Counted from the stretch's first letter, positions 31,933 through 43,083 are shown. The stretch: DNA of 64,000 nt from an uncultured delta proteobacterium (GCA_963789395.1 CAWBKP010000022.1:224001-288000); one strand, 5' to 3'. The notes: generated by a model from the sequence alone, not told the origin. A program made the numbers and translations.

Positions 31933-33006
31933 CAAAGACGATTATTCCCTTTGGACCCCAGCATCCGGTATTGCCGGAACCGGTGCATCTCAAGCTCACC
32001 CTGGAGGACGAAGTCATCACGGAAGCCATTCCCGCCTTCGGGTTCGTGCACCGGGGCCTTGAGAAGCTGGCGGAAATCCGGGATTTTCATCAGATGGTCT
32101 ATGTGGTGGAGCGCATCTGCGGCATCTGCTCGATGATTCACGCCATGTGCTATTGCCAGGGCATCGAAGAGATGATGGGCATTGAAGTGCCGCCGCGGGC
32201 CAGGTTCCTGCGGGTCATCTGGTCCGAACTGCATCGGATCCACAGCCATCTTCTGTGGCTGGGGCTGTTTGCGGACAGCTTCGGGTTCGAGAGCCTTTTC
32301 ATGCAATGCTGGAAGATCCGGGAGAAAATTCTCGATATTGACGAAGCCACCACCGGAAACCGGATTATCATCTCCGTCAGCGTCATCGGCGGCATGAGAA
32401 AGGATCTGAGTCCGGAACAGGTCAACTGGATTTACTCGGAACTCAAGGATGTCGAGAAGGAGATCAGGCGGCTGGAAACCACGATCCTGACCGATTACAC
32501 GGTGCAGAAACGCACGGTGGGAAAGGGCGTTCTGACCGGAAAACAGGCTTATGAACTGGGGCTGGTCGGCCCGACCCTTCGCGCCAGCGGAATTGCTCAG
32601 GATATGCGGATGCTCGGCTATGCCGCCTTCAACGAAATCGATTTTGAGCCGGTGGTGGAAACAGACGGCGACTGTTATGCCCGGTGCAAGGTCCGCTTTC
32701 GCGAAATCCTTCAGAGCATCGATCTGATCCGGCAGGCCATCGCCAAATATGCCGGACGGGGAATTGGCCGTCAAAGTCAAGGGCAGACCCGAGGGCGAGA
32801 TCATTTCCAGGGTGGAGCAGCCGCGCGGCGAGGTTTTTTACTACATCAAGGCAAACGGCAAGAAAAATCTGGAACGGCTGCGGGTCCGGACTCCGACCTT
32901 TGCCAATGTGCCGGCCCTTCTGGCCATGCTGCCCGGCATGTGGCTGTCGGATGTTCCGGTGATTGTCCTGTCCATTGATCCCTGCATCAGTTGCACGGAA
33001 AGGTAA
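31929..33006 (+). CDS. echE: Ech large [NiFe] subunit; frameshift near 32748
   Basis: PFGPQHPVLPEP, HRGLEK, ERICGICS, EQPRGE, DPCISCTER* with no C-terminal extension. Confidence 0.92.
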
Positions 33007-33022
33007 AAGGGGGAAAACGCCC

Positions 33023-33376
33023 ATGTTCCCGATGACGCGAACAATCCTGAGGAATTTTATCGACAGGCGGGCTACCCGGCGCTATCCTTACGTTGTCAGG
33101 CCCCCTTTTGAAAATGCCCGGGGCGAGATTTCTAACGACATCCAGGTCTGCACATTCTGCGGTGTCTGCGCCGCCAAATGTCCTTCCCAATGCATCACGG
33201 TGGATAAAAAGGCCGCCACGTGGTCCTGCAATCCCATGGCTTGCGTCTATTGCGGCGTATGTGCCGAATCCTGCCCCTCCGGCAGCCTTCAACAGAAACG
33301 CGACTACCGCAGGGCGGTCCCGGTGAAGGAAGTGATTTTCCTGAGAGGGGAAATCAAAAAAGAAGTCAACGAATAA
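33023..33376 (+). CDS. echF: Ech 2x[4Fe-4S] subunit
   Basis: ATRRYP, CTFCGVCAAKCP, CVYCGVCAESCP. Confidence 0.9.
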   Translation: MFPMTRTILRNFIDRRATRRYPYVVRPPFENARGEISNDIQVCTFCGVCAAKCPSQCITVDKKAATWSCNPMACVYCGVCAESCPSGSLQQKRDYRRAVPVKEVIFLRGEIKKEVNE

Positions 33377-33404
33377 AGGTTGCAAGGCGAAAACTGTTCG
33401 GCTG

Positions 33405-33442
33405 AAATCCCTTCTGAATCACAGTGGATTCAGAAGGGATTT
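33405..33442. terminator. Hairpin between convergent genes, likely bidirectional terminator
   Basis: AAATCCCTTCTGAATC-acagtg-GATTCAGAAGGGATTT, 16-bp perfect stem. Confidence 0.8.
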
Positions 33443-33448
33443 GCCATG

Positions 33449-35059
33449 TTAATTTACCCGCTTTTCCCGGCCCTGCCATTCTTTTTCACGAAGCTTGAAC
33501 TTCTGAATCTTTCCGGTGGCGGTTTTGGGTAACTGTCCGAATTCCACGGTCTTGGGCGCTTTGAACTTGGCCATTTTCTCTTTGCAGAAAGCGATGATGT
33601 CCTCTGCCTTGGGATTGGCCCCGGCTTTGGGAACCACAAACGCCTTGGCGACTTCGCCCCATTTTTCATCCGGGACGGCAATCACTGCTACTTCCAGGAC
33701 ATCCGGGTGGCGGTAGATCACGTTTTCCACTTCAACCGTGGAGATGTTCTCTCCGCCGCTGATGATGATGTCTTTTTTCCGGTCCATGATCTGGATATAA
33801 TTGTCCGGATGCATGACCGCCAGATCCCCGCTGTGGAACCAGCCGCCCTCAAACGCCGTGGCAGTGGCCTGCGGATCGTTGTAATAGCCCATCATCACGT
33901 TGTTGCCGCGCATGACAATCTCGCCGATGGTTTTACCGTCACGGGGCACCGGCTGCATGGTGGCCGGATCCACCACATCGGCAAACATGGCGACGATATA
34001 GGGAACGCCCTGACGGGATTTGAGTTTGGCCTGTTCCTCGGCAGGAAGATCCGCCCATTCCTGATGCCAGGCGCAAACCGTGTGGGGGCCGTATACTTCG
34101 GTCAATCCGTATGTATGGGTAATGATGGCGCCCACGGATTCCATGTTCTGGATGATGGTCGGGGCAGGGGGGGCACCGGCGGTCATGATGCGCAGGGGAT
34201 GATTGAGTTTGATGCTGTTGGCGGTGGCATAAGTGGACATCCCGATGAGAATTGTCGGGGCTGCGCACAGATGCGTGACATTTTCCCTGTCGATCGTGGG
34301 GTAGATTTCTTCCGGCAGCACTTTCCGCAGGCAGACATGGGTGCCGCTCATGGCGGTGACGCCCCAGGTAAAACACCAGCCGTTGCAATGAAACATGGGA
34401 AGCGTCCACAGATAGGTCGATGTGGAATCAAAGCCGATTTCCAGCATTTCTCCCAGCGCATTCAGATACGCGCCCCGGTGATGGTACATGACGCCTTTGG
34501 GAAGTCCGGTGGTGCCGCTTGTGTAGTTGATGGTCATGAGCTGATATTCGTCATCGACATCCGGAACGATCGGCTCTGTGGAGCCGGTCGCTAAAAATGC
34601 TTCATAATCCATGCCGGGCAGGGGTTTGTCGCTGCTGATATCGCAGATGTTCACAAATGTTTTCACCTGCTTCAGTTCATTGATGACCGGTGATACCAGG
34701 CCTGCGAATTCATTGTCGGCAAATACGGCCTTGGACTCCGAATGGTTGATGATGTATGAAACTTCCTGGGATGCCAGGCGGATATTGACGCTGACCAGTA
34801 CGGCCCCGATCATGGGAACGGCAAAATGTGCTTCCAGCATCGGGGGAATGTTGGGGCAGATAAACGCAACTTTGTCTCCTTTAGCGACCCCGACTTTTTT
34901 CAATGCGCTTGCCAGTTGATTCACCCTTGAATAAAATTCCTTGTAGGTATAGCGCTTATCATTATAGACAATGGCTGTTTTGTTCGGATAAATCAAAGCG
35001 GACCGTCTGATGAAATGAACCGGCGTTAAGACATCAAAAAAAACATTTTTATTATCCAT
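33449..35059 (-). CDS. Acyl-CoA synthetase (medium-chain fatty acid CoA ligase type)
   Basis: YTSGTTGLPKG, LPMFHCNGW, YGLTE, SGD, PKTATGKIQK; RBS AGGAG above MDNK. Confidence 0.92.
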   Translation of the reverse strand: MDNKNVFFDVLTPVHFIRRSALIYPNKTAIVYNDKRYTYKEFYSRVNQLASALKKVGVAKGDKVAFICPNIPPMLEAHFAVPMIGAVLVSVNIRLASQEVSYIINHSESKAVFADNEFAGLVSPVINELKQVKTFVNICDISSDKPLPGMDYEAFLATGSTEPIVPDVDDEYQLMTINYTSGTTGLPKGVMYHHRGAYLNALGEMLEIGFDSTSTYLWTLPMFHCNGWCFTWGVTAMSGTHVCLRKVLPEEIYPTIDRENVTHLCAAPTILIGMSTYATANSIKLNHPLRIMTAGAPPAPTIIQNMESVGAIITHTYGLTEVYGPHTVCAWHQEWADLPAEEQAKLKSRQGVPYIVAMFADVVDPATMQPVPRDGKTIGEIVMRGNNVMMGYYNDPQATATAFEGGWFHSGDLAVMHPDNYIQIMDRKKDIIISGGENISTVEVENVIYRHPDVLEVAVIAVPDEKWGEVAKAFVVPKAGANPKAEDIIAFCKEKMAKFKAPKTVEFGQLPKTATGKIQKFKLREKEWQGREKRVN

Positions 35060-35213
35060 GTGGTCATTGTCTCCTAAATTCCGTTTATGTGGTGTTTGCG
35101 ATAGCTTTTCTGTCTTCTTGTTTACCTGTCTGCTTGTTTTTAAAGACAAACGTAATGATTTCAGGCTGATTTTTCGCAAAATTTGCCCAGATTATAGGAT
35201 ATCAGCGTGTTGA

Positions 35214-35243
35214 AGCATAAAAATTGAACGATCGCTCAGTCAA
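35214..35243 (-). promoter_or_regulatory. Putative sigma-70 promoter with a palindromic operator in the spacer
   Basis: TTGACT-N18-TATGCT; near-palindrome TGAGCGATCGTTCA at 35225-35238. Confidence 0.5.
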
Positions 35244-35336
35244 GAATTTGCAATGGTTTACAGCCACATTATGGATTTTGTCAATATTTTTTTTAAGGTT
35301 CAAGAAAATGAACAGGAATTGGGAACAAAATTGAGT

Positions 35337-36417
35337 TTATTTATATTTCCAGGGCCTGACCTTGTTTCGAATATTTCCGCTCATGACGGTTTCCATAAAT
35401 TCATCCGCCAGGATTTGACTGGCGTTGGCTACGGCGCTCCAGTAATCAAAACGTAATGAATCCTTCCCTTTGAATTTGTAGAAATCGTTCCGATCCGGAA
35501 TCTTGCGATAGGGCAGCCGGTCAATAAACTGTTTTGAGGGGGCCATCATCAGCACGTTGGCCATGTTCCGGGCTACCTGGTTTGCGCCACCTCAGGTTTT
35601 TATCCAGCCAGCCGGGAATGATCCGTTCCATGTAGTGGGGAAACAGCGTCAGCTTTTCTGAGTCTTCCGAAAGCGGTAAGTCCATATGATAATCGATCAC
35701 GCCGCCATCACGGTAGACGCCGAAAGGGGATTGGGGAATGTTCCTTACCCCGGACATCACCAGCGGAATGGAACCCGAGGCAAGCAGCGCACCAGGCAGA
35801 TTCTCAGGGGTGAGCGGAACCCGGTGAATGGGAAATCCGGTGAGATTGTAAAAAGGCGGAATATCCCGGGAATCGTAGAAAAGAACCCGTTCAAAAAACA
35901 CTTTCAAAAACGAGCGGTTGACGATATTTCCCATGGCTGCAACCAGCAAGGCAGTGGCAAGCAGGAACTTGCTGTCGCTGGCAGCGGGTCCCTTGCTGCG
36001 GACCGCCATGAAATTAAGCCTTAAAAAAGGGTGAACCAGGATTTCCCGCGGTCCCCCGTTTTTCAGGAACGCCTGCTGAATCCGGGCGCTTTCCAAAGAC
36101 ACGGCATCAGAAGACGGCTTTCCTGCGTACGCCTGGTGAATATATGCGGATTCAAAATCCGACAGGGAAGTTTTGGGATCTGCCATGCATTGGCCCGCAA
36201 AACGCCAGGCGCCGATGGATGAGCCGATCAGGTACAGCGGCAGTTTTCTGCCCTTGAACCAGTCGGAAAAAAGAACCCGGTCCAGATGCCGCAGAACCAG
36301 CCATTTCGGACCTCCGGCAGCACCGGCAACCACGGAAATCCTGCCCGGCCTGAGCCCTTCTTCGCGGATGATTTCAAAAGCTTTTCTGCCTGCGTAAAAC
36401 ACCAAATTATCCGTCAT
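35337..36417 (-). CDS. Patatin-like phospholipase family protein; frameshift near 35570
   Basis: GAAGGPKW, GSSIG, ASGSIP, DGG. Confidence 0.85.
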
Positions 36418-36453
36418 ATATCCTGCTTATTATTGTCGGAAGCGATTCCGGAT

Positions 36454-37363
36454 TCAGGTATTTCCTGTTAAAAACTGTGAATCCGCATAGGCGGGGTCCG
36501 GATATTGGTAGAATCCCTGGCCACATTTTCTCCCCAGTCGTCCTTTGTCCACATAGTCTTTCATGAATGCCGCGTTGGCAATGGCCTGAGGTTCTTCGAG
36601 CTTATTGGCCCAGTAATCGGTGACTTTCCAGACCGTATCCAGGCCGATGCTGTCCATCATGCCGAAAGGCCCGATCGGTGTATGCATGATGCCCATCCAC
36701 GCCCGGTCAATATCTTCCACCCCGGCCACGCCTCTGGAGGCAAGTGTCTGAGCTGCCTTGAAAACCTCTGTGAGCATGGCGTTAAAGACATACCCGTAAT
36801 TTTCTTTTTTCAGCAGGATTGCAACCTGTCCGATCCGTGCTGCAAAGGCGTGGATCAGTGATAGCAGTTTCTGCTGAAGTGCCGGAATGCGGCATGATGT
36901 CAACAATGTTGGTTGTCCGTATATCATGGAAATGAAGGGCTGCGAATCTGTCGGGGCGGCCCGTGGCTTTAGCGAACATGGAGGGAATCAGGGTGGAAGT
37001 ATTGGTTGTAAAAATGGCACGTGCCGGGCAGAATTGGTTGAACTGTGAAAAAACCCCGGCTTTCAGTGCGGGATCCTCGGGGACCGACTCACTGACAAAA
37101 TCTACGTTCATTGCCGCATCCTCCGGATGACTGGAACATCGGATTCGCAGGATGGCGGCTTCGGCGGCTTCTTGTGTCAATCTGCCGGAATTCCGGAATG
37201 AAGCGGCCAGTTTGGCGATCCGTTTCAGGCTGGATTCCAATATTGCAGGTTTCACATCGTAAAGAATCACTTCATACCCATGGATGGCGCACTGAAATGC
37301 GATTTGCTGACCCATTGTACCGGCGCCGATGATCAAAATTTTTCGAATGTCATCAACCTTCAC
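36454..37363 (-). CDS. 3-hydroxyacyl-CoA dehydrogenase; frameshift near 36860
   Basis: GAGTMG, ESVPE, TNTST, GPFGMMDSIGLD, GRKCGQGFY; GTG start after AAGGAG. Confidence 0.9.
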
Positions 37364-37646
37364 AATCCTTCTCCTTTGACAGAAATTTATAGTTTTCATG
37401 CTTGATATTTCGATAAGGGATGAATAAGATGAAAACCTTTCTATAGATTTTCAAGAAAAACCAATAAAGGATAATTGCCTCTGCATCTGGCACTGGAGTA
37501 CCTGAACTTGCCACCATTATCAATGAAATTCAGAAACGATGTATTTCTTTTCCGTATTTCTCTAATGAGCAGCCAGTATAAACGACTCTCAGAATCGGTT
37601 TTGCACCCGCTACCGGATCCACAGCAAGCCAATAAAGGAAAATGAA

Positions 37647-38444
37647 GTGGCATCAATTTTGGTAATGTATGCAGTTGTAGGGGCTGTCGCCGGCATACTG
37701 GCCGGTCTTCTGGGCATTGGCGGGGGATTGGTGATTGTTCCGATGCTGGTGTTCTGCTTTGCCCGTCAGGGCATTTCAGATCAAACGATCATGCATCTGG
37801 CCCTGGGTACCTCCATGGCCAGCATCATGTTCACGGCGGTTTCCAGTTTCTGGTCCCACCATCGGCGGGGCGCCGTCAGATGGTTGGTGGTCCGTCGACT
37901 GGTTGTCGGTATATTCGTTGGGACTTTTCTGGGATCGTGCGTTGCTGCAAGCCTTTCAACACGTTTTTTGAAAGGCTTTTTTGTCATATTTCTGTATTAT
38001 GTGGCTGTTCAGATGCTGTCGGGCCGAAAGCCCAAGCCCGGCCGGCAACTACCCGAGTTGGCGGGAATGTTCGGCGTGGGCAACGTGATCGGAGCGGTGT
38101 CCAGTCTGGTGGGGATTGGCGGCGGCACGCTCTCCGTGCCCTTTATGGTGTGGTGCAACATTCCCCTGCATGAAGCCATCGGCACATCTGCGGCCATCGG
38201 TTTCCCGATTGCCGTGGCCGGTGCTATCGGATACGTTTATAACGGTCTGTCCGCAACCGACCTGCCCGGCTTTTCTCTGGGTTATGTGTATATGCCGGCC
38301 CTGGCAGGGATTGTCGCCGCCAGTGTGCTGACCGCGCCACTGGGGGTTCGTCTGGCTCACAGTCTTCCCGTTGATAAGCTTAAACGGGTGTTTGCAGGGC
38401 TGCTTCTGGTGGTGGCCACCCGCATGCTGATCAGCATGTTTTGA
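37647..38444 (+). CDS. TauE/SafE (TSUP) family membrane protein
   Basis: GLLGIGGG, ALGTS, GIGGGTLSVP, AIGTSAAIG. Confidence 0.9.
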   Translation: MASILVMYAVVGAVAGILAGLLGIGGGLVIVPMLVFCFARQGISDQTIMHLALGTSMASIMFTAVSSFWSHHRRGAVRWLVVRRLVVGIFVGTFLGSCVAASLSTRFLKGFFVIFLYYVAVQMLSGRKPKPGRQLPELAGMFGVGNVIGAVSSLVGIGGGTLSVPFMVWCNIPLHEAIGTSAAIGFPIAVAGAIGYVYNGLSATDLPGFSLGYVYMPALAGIVAASVLTAPLGVRLAHSLPVDKLKRVFAGLLLVVATRMLISMF

Positions 38445-38618
38445 ACCAGAGGGGTTGCGCGTCCTGATCTTGATCAGATAGAGCACCGGTCCTACGCCAT
38501 GAAAACTTTGGCAGTTACCGGGGGCATCAAAGGCTACGGGGCAGGAAAAAAAGGCAGACCGGTTAAGGATAAAGCGAGAAAAAACCGATCCGCCCTTATA
38601 ATAAACTTATCGGAACGA

Positions 38619-38939
38619 CTATTTGTCTGAACAGCAGGAACCGGTAGTACCACAGCTGGAACAGCCCGAAGTAAAATCAATTCCGCAATCCACTTTGAAA
38701 CCGCTTACCAGAAAATCCACTTTGATAGGCTGGGCTTTTATCATGAATTCTTTATCCACAACATACTTAAAGCCGCCGATTTCAAAAACATCGTCTGTTT
38801 CTTTTGACTCATCCAGAGCCATTGCCATACTTGGCCCGCCTCACCCGCCTTCGTTTAAAAAAATGCGGATAGGAGAGACTTCCTTGCCTTTAAAATATTC
38901 AGCTATTTGTTCAGTAGCTGATGGGGTAACCTCGATCAT
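38619..38939 (-). CDS. HesB/IscA-like selenoprotein (106 aa, Sec33 from TGA at 38841-38843)
   Basis: RBS AGGAGG; MIEVTPSATEQIAEYFKGKEVSPIRIFLNEGG-TGA-GGPSMAMALDE; frame continues; Cys-rich tail. Confidence 0.88.
38805..38821 (-). promoter_or_regulatory. Putative bacterial SECIS hairpin
   Basis: TGGCTC-TGGAT-GAGTCA; loop begins 25 nt after the UGA, G at loop position 2. Confidence 0.6.
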
Positions 38940-39167
38940 GACAACCTCCTGTAGATATTATAAGTGAAATCCGCCTGTAAGAGCAGATCGAACAAACCGT
39001 TTATACAATACTAATGGACAAAACTAACCATAGGAAAGATATTTGTCAATGATAATCAGGGATCATGATCCAGGCTTCAGGGGGAGGAAACTGTTGGTGG
39101 CATCGATGCGATGATCCGCAGACAGATTGGCAGTGATCTTTTATGTAAGCCCGTTCGAAGTTCTGAC

Positions 39168-40101
39168 TCATTCCATTTCCTCCGGAATAAATGCCACCAC
39201 ATCGTCAATTGAATTGGCATCAGTCAAAAGAAGAATAAGACGATCTATTCCAAGCGCATTGCCGGCGGCTGCCGGCATATCGTTTAACGCGCTCAGAAAG
39301 CTTTCGGGCATGGGGTAAACAATTTTCCCGGCATGTTTTCGAAACTGCCGTTCTGCTTCAAAGCGTTTTCGCTGCTCAAGCGGGTCGGTCAGCTCTGTGA
39401 ATGCATTGCACAGTTCGAGTCCAGCGATATAAAGCTCAAACCGCTCGGCGATCGATGGATTGTCCGGTTTCAGCCTTGCCAGGGCACCGCAGGAAGCCGG
39501 ATAATCATAGAGAAAAACCGGGCGCTCGTTTCCGAGGCACGGTTCAATTTCAATCGCCATGATTTCATCGAAGCTATTTTGTGCCAGCGCCTCCTGCATC
39601 GAAATCCGCGAGTACCGTTCAAAAGCGTCGCATACCGTCAAGCGGTCCCAGGGTGAAGACAGCCATATCCGCTTGTTTTGATACCAAATGGAATCGGATT
39701 GACCGGCGGCTCCGGCAGCAGATTGTATCAGTTTTTCGCACTGGATCATCATTTCCAGATAGGTGTGGCCGGCAGTGTACCATTCCAGCAGGGTGAATTC
39801 CGGCAGGTGCATCCGGCCCCTTTCCTGAGTGCGAAAACATCGACAGATTTGAAAAATCCGGGGATACCCGGCGCTCAGGAGACGTTTCATGCAGAGTTCC
39901 GGAGACGGTGTGCAGAAACCATTTCCCGGCTTCCTGAGCTTCGATATGGGTTTCAGGCGCCGGGGCTGGAATCCGAACCGGGGTTTCGACTTCAAGATAA
40001 TCGTTTTGTATAAAAAATAAACGAACGGCTTGAAGGATTTGAGCTCTCAGGATCAGATTCCGGCGAATGAAATGTTGTCGGTAATGTGTGAAGGGCGCCA
40101 T
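39168..40101 (-). CDS. epmA: EF-P lysine aminoacylase; frameshift near 39906
   Basis: LEVETP, SPELCMKRLL, HLPEFTLLEWY, ERFELY, GNALGIDRL; no anticodon-binding domain. Confidence 0.9.
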
Positions 40102-40305
40102 TAAAAGAAATATTCCAGGGTTGGAAGTAATTGAAAAAGTCTTGTTTCAGAGAACATTCCATGCTATCAGAACCAGATTGTTGCTATAAGGCAGAAAACT
40201 CGGGGATGGTCAGTTATTATTTCTGCTTGAATTCACGCGCATTCTCAGAACTTTAATCGAATTTGTCAATTCATTTATTTCTGAATCATCAGGCGGAGGA
40301 TCATC

Positions 40306-40800
40306 ATGGCTCAGGACAACAAACGCTCGGCATTCACAACGGTATTTGTTCTTGGATTCTTTTTGCAGATTATTTTTGTTTTCGCCGATACGCGAGATAC
40401 GCCCGGCAAGGCCGCGGTCGAGTTTGCAAAGATGTATTATCAACTGGATTCGGCCATGGCGACCCGACTCTGTGACGAACTGGCCAAGGATGAAGAAAAC
40501 AATGTGGTGGCCGCCTACATTCAAAGCATGGCAAAACAGGCCAATGAACGGGGATATGACGTCAGCTATATGAAAAACGCTCTTTTTAACGTCAAAACCC
40601 ATACGCTGAAAATGAATGCCGGCAGTGCCGAAATTCGCATTACCGGGGACATGAAAAAAGGTATCAATCCGCTGTTTGCCTATGTGGGGAAATTGTTCTT
40701 TCTTGGAAAAACCATGCCGTTGGACCAGACCGTAAATGTCATTATGGAAAACGGAAAATGGAAAGTCTGTGAAGGTTTTTTTACGGTATCTGAAAGCTGA
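40306..40800 (+). CDS. Hypothetical membrane-anchored protein
   Basis: RBS GGAGG; N-terminal TM; ENGKWKV tail. Confidence 0.7.
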   Translation: MAQDNKRSAFTTVFVLGFFLQIIFVFADTRDTPGKAAVEFAKMYYQLDSAMATRLCDELAKDEENNVVAAYIQSMAKQANERGYDVSYMKNALFNVKTHTLKMNAGSAEIRITGDMKKGINPLFAYVGKLFFLGKTMPLDQTVNVIMENGKWKVCEGFFTVSES

Positions 40801-40939
40801 TGATGTATGAAAGGCGTCAGGGCCATCGTTTGAATCTTGATCGTGCTCCCTGATGCCATGACTCCCAAGCAGTCAAGATCGAATAACTTGTCATCTTTGG
40901 GCAAGAGGCTTTCATGTTTTGTGATAACTTCCTTCTGCC

Positions 40940-41734
40940 ATGATTCTGAATGAAAAATCTCCCAAAGCCATGTCCTCCGTTTATGCCAGGATGCGCCAGC
41001 GGGCTCGCCAGATTGTGTCACGGTTTCCACAGCCTTCTTTTTACAAAGAGTTTGCATCTATTCTTGATATATCGAGAAGTTTCTTTCGTACAAACCCGGT
41101 CTTGAGAAGCCTGTATGCATTTGTCTCCGAGCACCTCGAAGACGATTTCGGCCATGGGCTTGACCATGCTGTTAAGGTAACCATTGACGCCGGCGCATTG
41201 ATGATGATCGAAGGCGGCCGCTGCGGGTATTCGCAAGACTATACGGAGCAGCGGGTCGTCATTGTGCAAAGTGCGGGGCTCCTTCATGATATCAAACGCA
41301 AGATGAAACATCATGCCGTTGAAGGCGCGGAATATGCCCGGAAAACGCTTCGCGCCTATCCGTATGCACCGGATGAAATTGAAGATATCTGCCAGGCCAT
41401 CCGCAATCATGAAGCGTTTCAGCCTCCTGTCAGCATCAACACGATCGAGGGGGCGCTGGTAGCGGATTGCCTTTATGATGCCGATAAATTCAGATGGGGG
41501 CCGGATAATTTTACGCATACGGTCTGGGACATGGTGTCTTTTTTTGACCCGCCGTTATCGGAATTTCTGAGCCGTTATCCCAAGGCAATGGAAGGGCTGT
41601 TAAAAATCAAGCAGACCTTTCGTACGCGGACCGGAAAGGTTTATGGCCCCGAGTTTATCGATATCGGCATTGCAATTGGAGAAGAACTGCTGGCTGTGAT
41701 ACAATCAGAGTTTGTCTCTGGTAATTATAGTTAA
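40940..41734 (+). CDS. HD-domain phosphohydrolase
   Basis: HGLDH, LLHDI, NHE, YDADK. Confidence 0.8.
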   Translation: MILNEKSPKAMSSVYARMRQRARQIVSRFPQPSFYKEFASILDISRSFFRTNPVLRSLYAFVSEHLEDDFGHGLDHAVKVTIDAGALMMIEGGRCGYSQDYTEQRVVIVQSAGLLHDIKRKMKHHAVEGAEYARKTLRAYPYAPDEIEDICQAIRNHEAFQPPVSINTIEGALVADCLYDADKFRWGPDNFTHTVWDMVSFFDPPLSEFLSRYPKAMEGLLKIKQTFRTRTGKVYGPEFIDIGIAIGEELLAVIQSEFVSGNYS

Positions 41735-41763
41735 CCACCAACTCGGTACGAAATAGAGCTGCC

Positions 41764-43083
41764 ATGAAAAGAATTTTACCTGTAGATGATGAAATCATTA
41801 TCGCCACCCGGTTGCAGGAGCTTCTGGTTTCCATTGGATATGATGTGCCCGATATCGCCGGCTCCGGAGAAGAAGCAATTGACCTGGCAAGGACGCTGAA
41901 GCCGGATTTGATCATAATGGATATTGTGATGCCCGGCCCGATGGATGGCATATCCGCAGCGGAAAAAATTCGAGGTGATCTGGATATCCCGGTTATTTTT
42001 CTGACAGCCTTTTCAGATGATTCCCACATTGCACGGGCAAAGCTTTCCGATCCTCTCGGGTACATCCTGAAGCCGTTTGAAGAAAATCAGATGAAATCCG
42101 CCATTGAACTGGCGCTGCATAAAAGCGATGTGGATAAACGCCTTAAAGAAGCCAACCAAATGCTGGAGCATCGCGTTCGGCTGCGCACCGCAGAGCTTAC
42201 CGAATCTAATTTTAAGCTTTTTGAGGAAATCCAGGAGCATAAAAAGACCGAAGCGGCCCTGGTTGAGCAGATCCGTCGAAATGAAATGATTCTTCAAACC
42301 GCAATGGAAGGATTCTGGATCACAGATACCAGTGGCGTGATCCAGGAGGTGAATCCATCCGCGGCATCGATTCTGGGATATCCGCCCGGAGAACTTCAGC
42401 GAAAATCGATTTATGATTTTGAGCCTGAAGGCCATCGCGGGCTGGCGCCCCATATTCGAAAGGCCATTCGAAAAGGGTCAAACCAGTATGAAGCCCGGTT
42501 CCTGCATAAGGAGGGACATGTCATGACACTGGAGTTCAGCACCAATTTCCTGGATTTGGGCGAAAAAACGGTTCTTTTCTCATTTTTTAATGATGTGACA
42601 AAAAAGATTCAATTGGTTGCGTCCTTAAAAGACCGTGAAGCCGAATTGAGAATCAAGACTCAGAATCTTAAGGAAGTGAATACGGCACTGAAATCCCTTT
42701 TGAAAAAACGGGACTCGGACAGGATGGAAATGGAGGAAAAAGTGCTGTTCAATGTAAAAGAAATGATCTCGCCCTATATCAAAAAACTCAGAGAATCAGA
42801 GCTGAATGAAAAACAGGGGATTTATCTGACGATTCTTGAATCCAATGTCAAGGATATCATCTCGCCGTTTTCTCCTAAATTGACATCCCGCCATTTCAAG
42901 TTTACCAAGTCCGAGCTGCAGATTGCCAAACTGGTCCGAATGGGGATTACATCCAAAGAAATAGCTGAATTAATGGGACTTTCAAGAAGAACCATTGAAT
43001 CCCACCGGGATCGGATTCGAAAAAAAATCGGCTTGGACAGCCGAAGGCGAAATCTGAGGACATTTCTGATGTCCATTGAGTAA
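41764..43083 (+). CDS. Response regulator REC-PAS-LuxR HTH
   Basis: VDDE...MDI...FLTA...KP; PAS; TSKEIAELMGLSRRTIESHR. Confidence 0.88.
   Translation: MKRILPVDDEIIIATRLQELLVSIGYDVPDIAGSGEEAIDLARTLKPDLIIMDIVMPGPMDGISAAEKIRGDLDIPVIFLTAFSDDSHIARAKLSDPLGYILKPFEENQMKSAIELALHKSDVDKRLKEANQMLEHRVRLRTAELTESNFKLFEEIQEHKKTEAALVEQIRRNEMILQTAMEGFWITDTSGVIQEVNPSAASILGYPPGELQRKSIYDFEPEGHRGLAPHIRKAIRKGSNQYEARFLHKEGHVMTLEFSTNFLDLGEKTVLFSFFNDVTKKIQLVASLKDREAELRIKTQNLKEVNTALKSLLKKRDSDRMEMEEKVLFNVKEMISPYIKKLRESELNEKQGIYLTILESNVKDIISPFSPKLTSRHFKFTKSELQIAKLVRMGITSKEIAELMGLSRRTIESHRDRIRKKIGLDSRRRNLRTFLMSIE

Noticed and set aside
26313..33006. Pseudogenisation or programmed frameshifting of hydrogenase genes
   Set aside because: Same error pattern occurs window-wide; catalytic motifs are intact; no consistent slippery sites
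39168..40101. Truncated lysyl-tRNA synthetase
   Set aside because: Lack of the anticodon domain and the SPELxMKRLL motif identify normal EpmA
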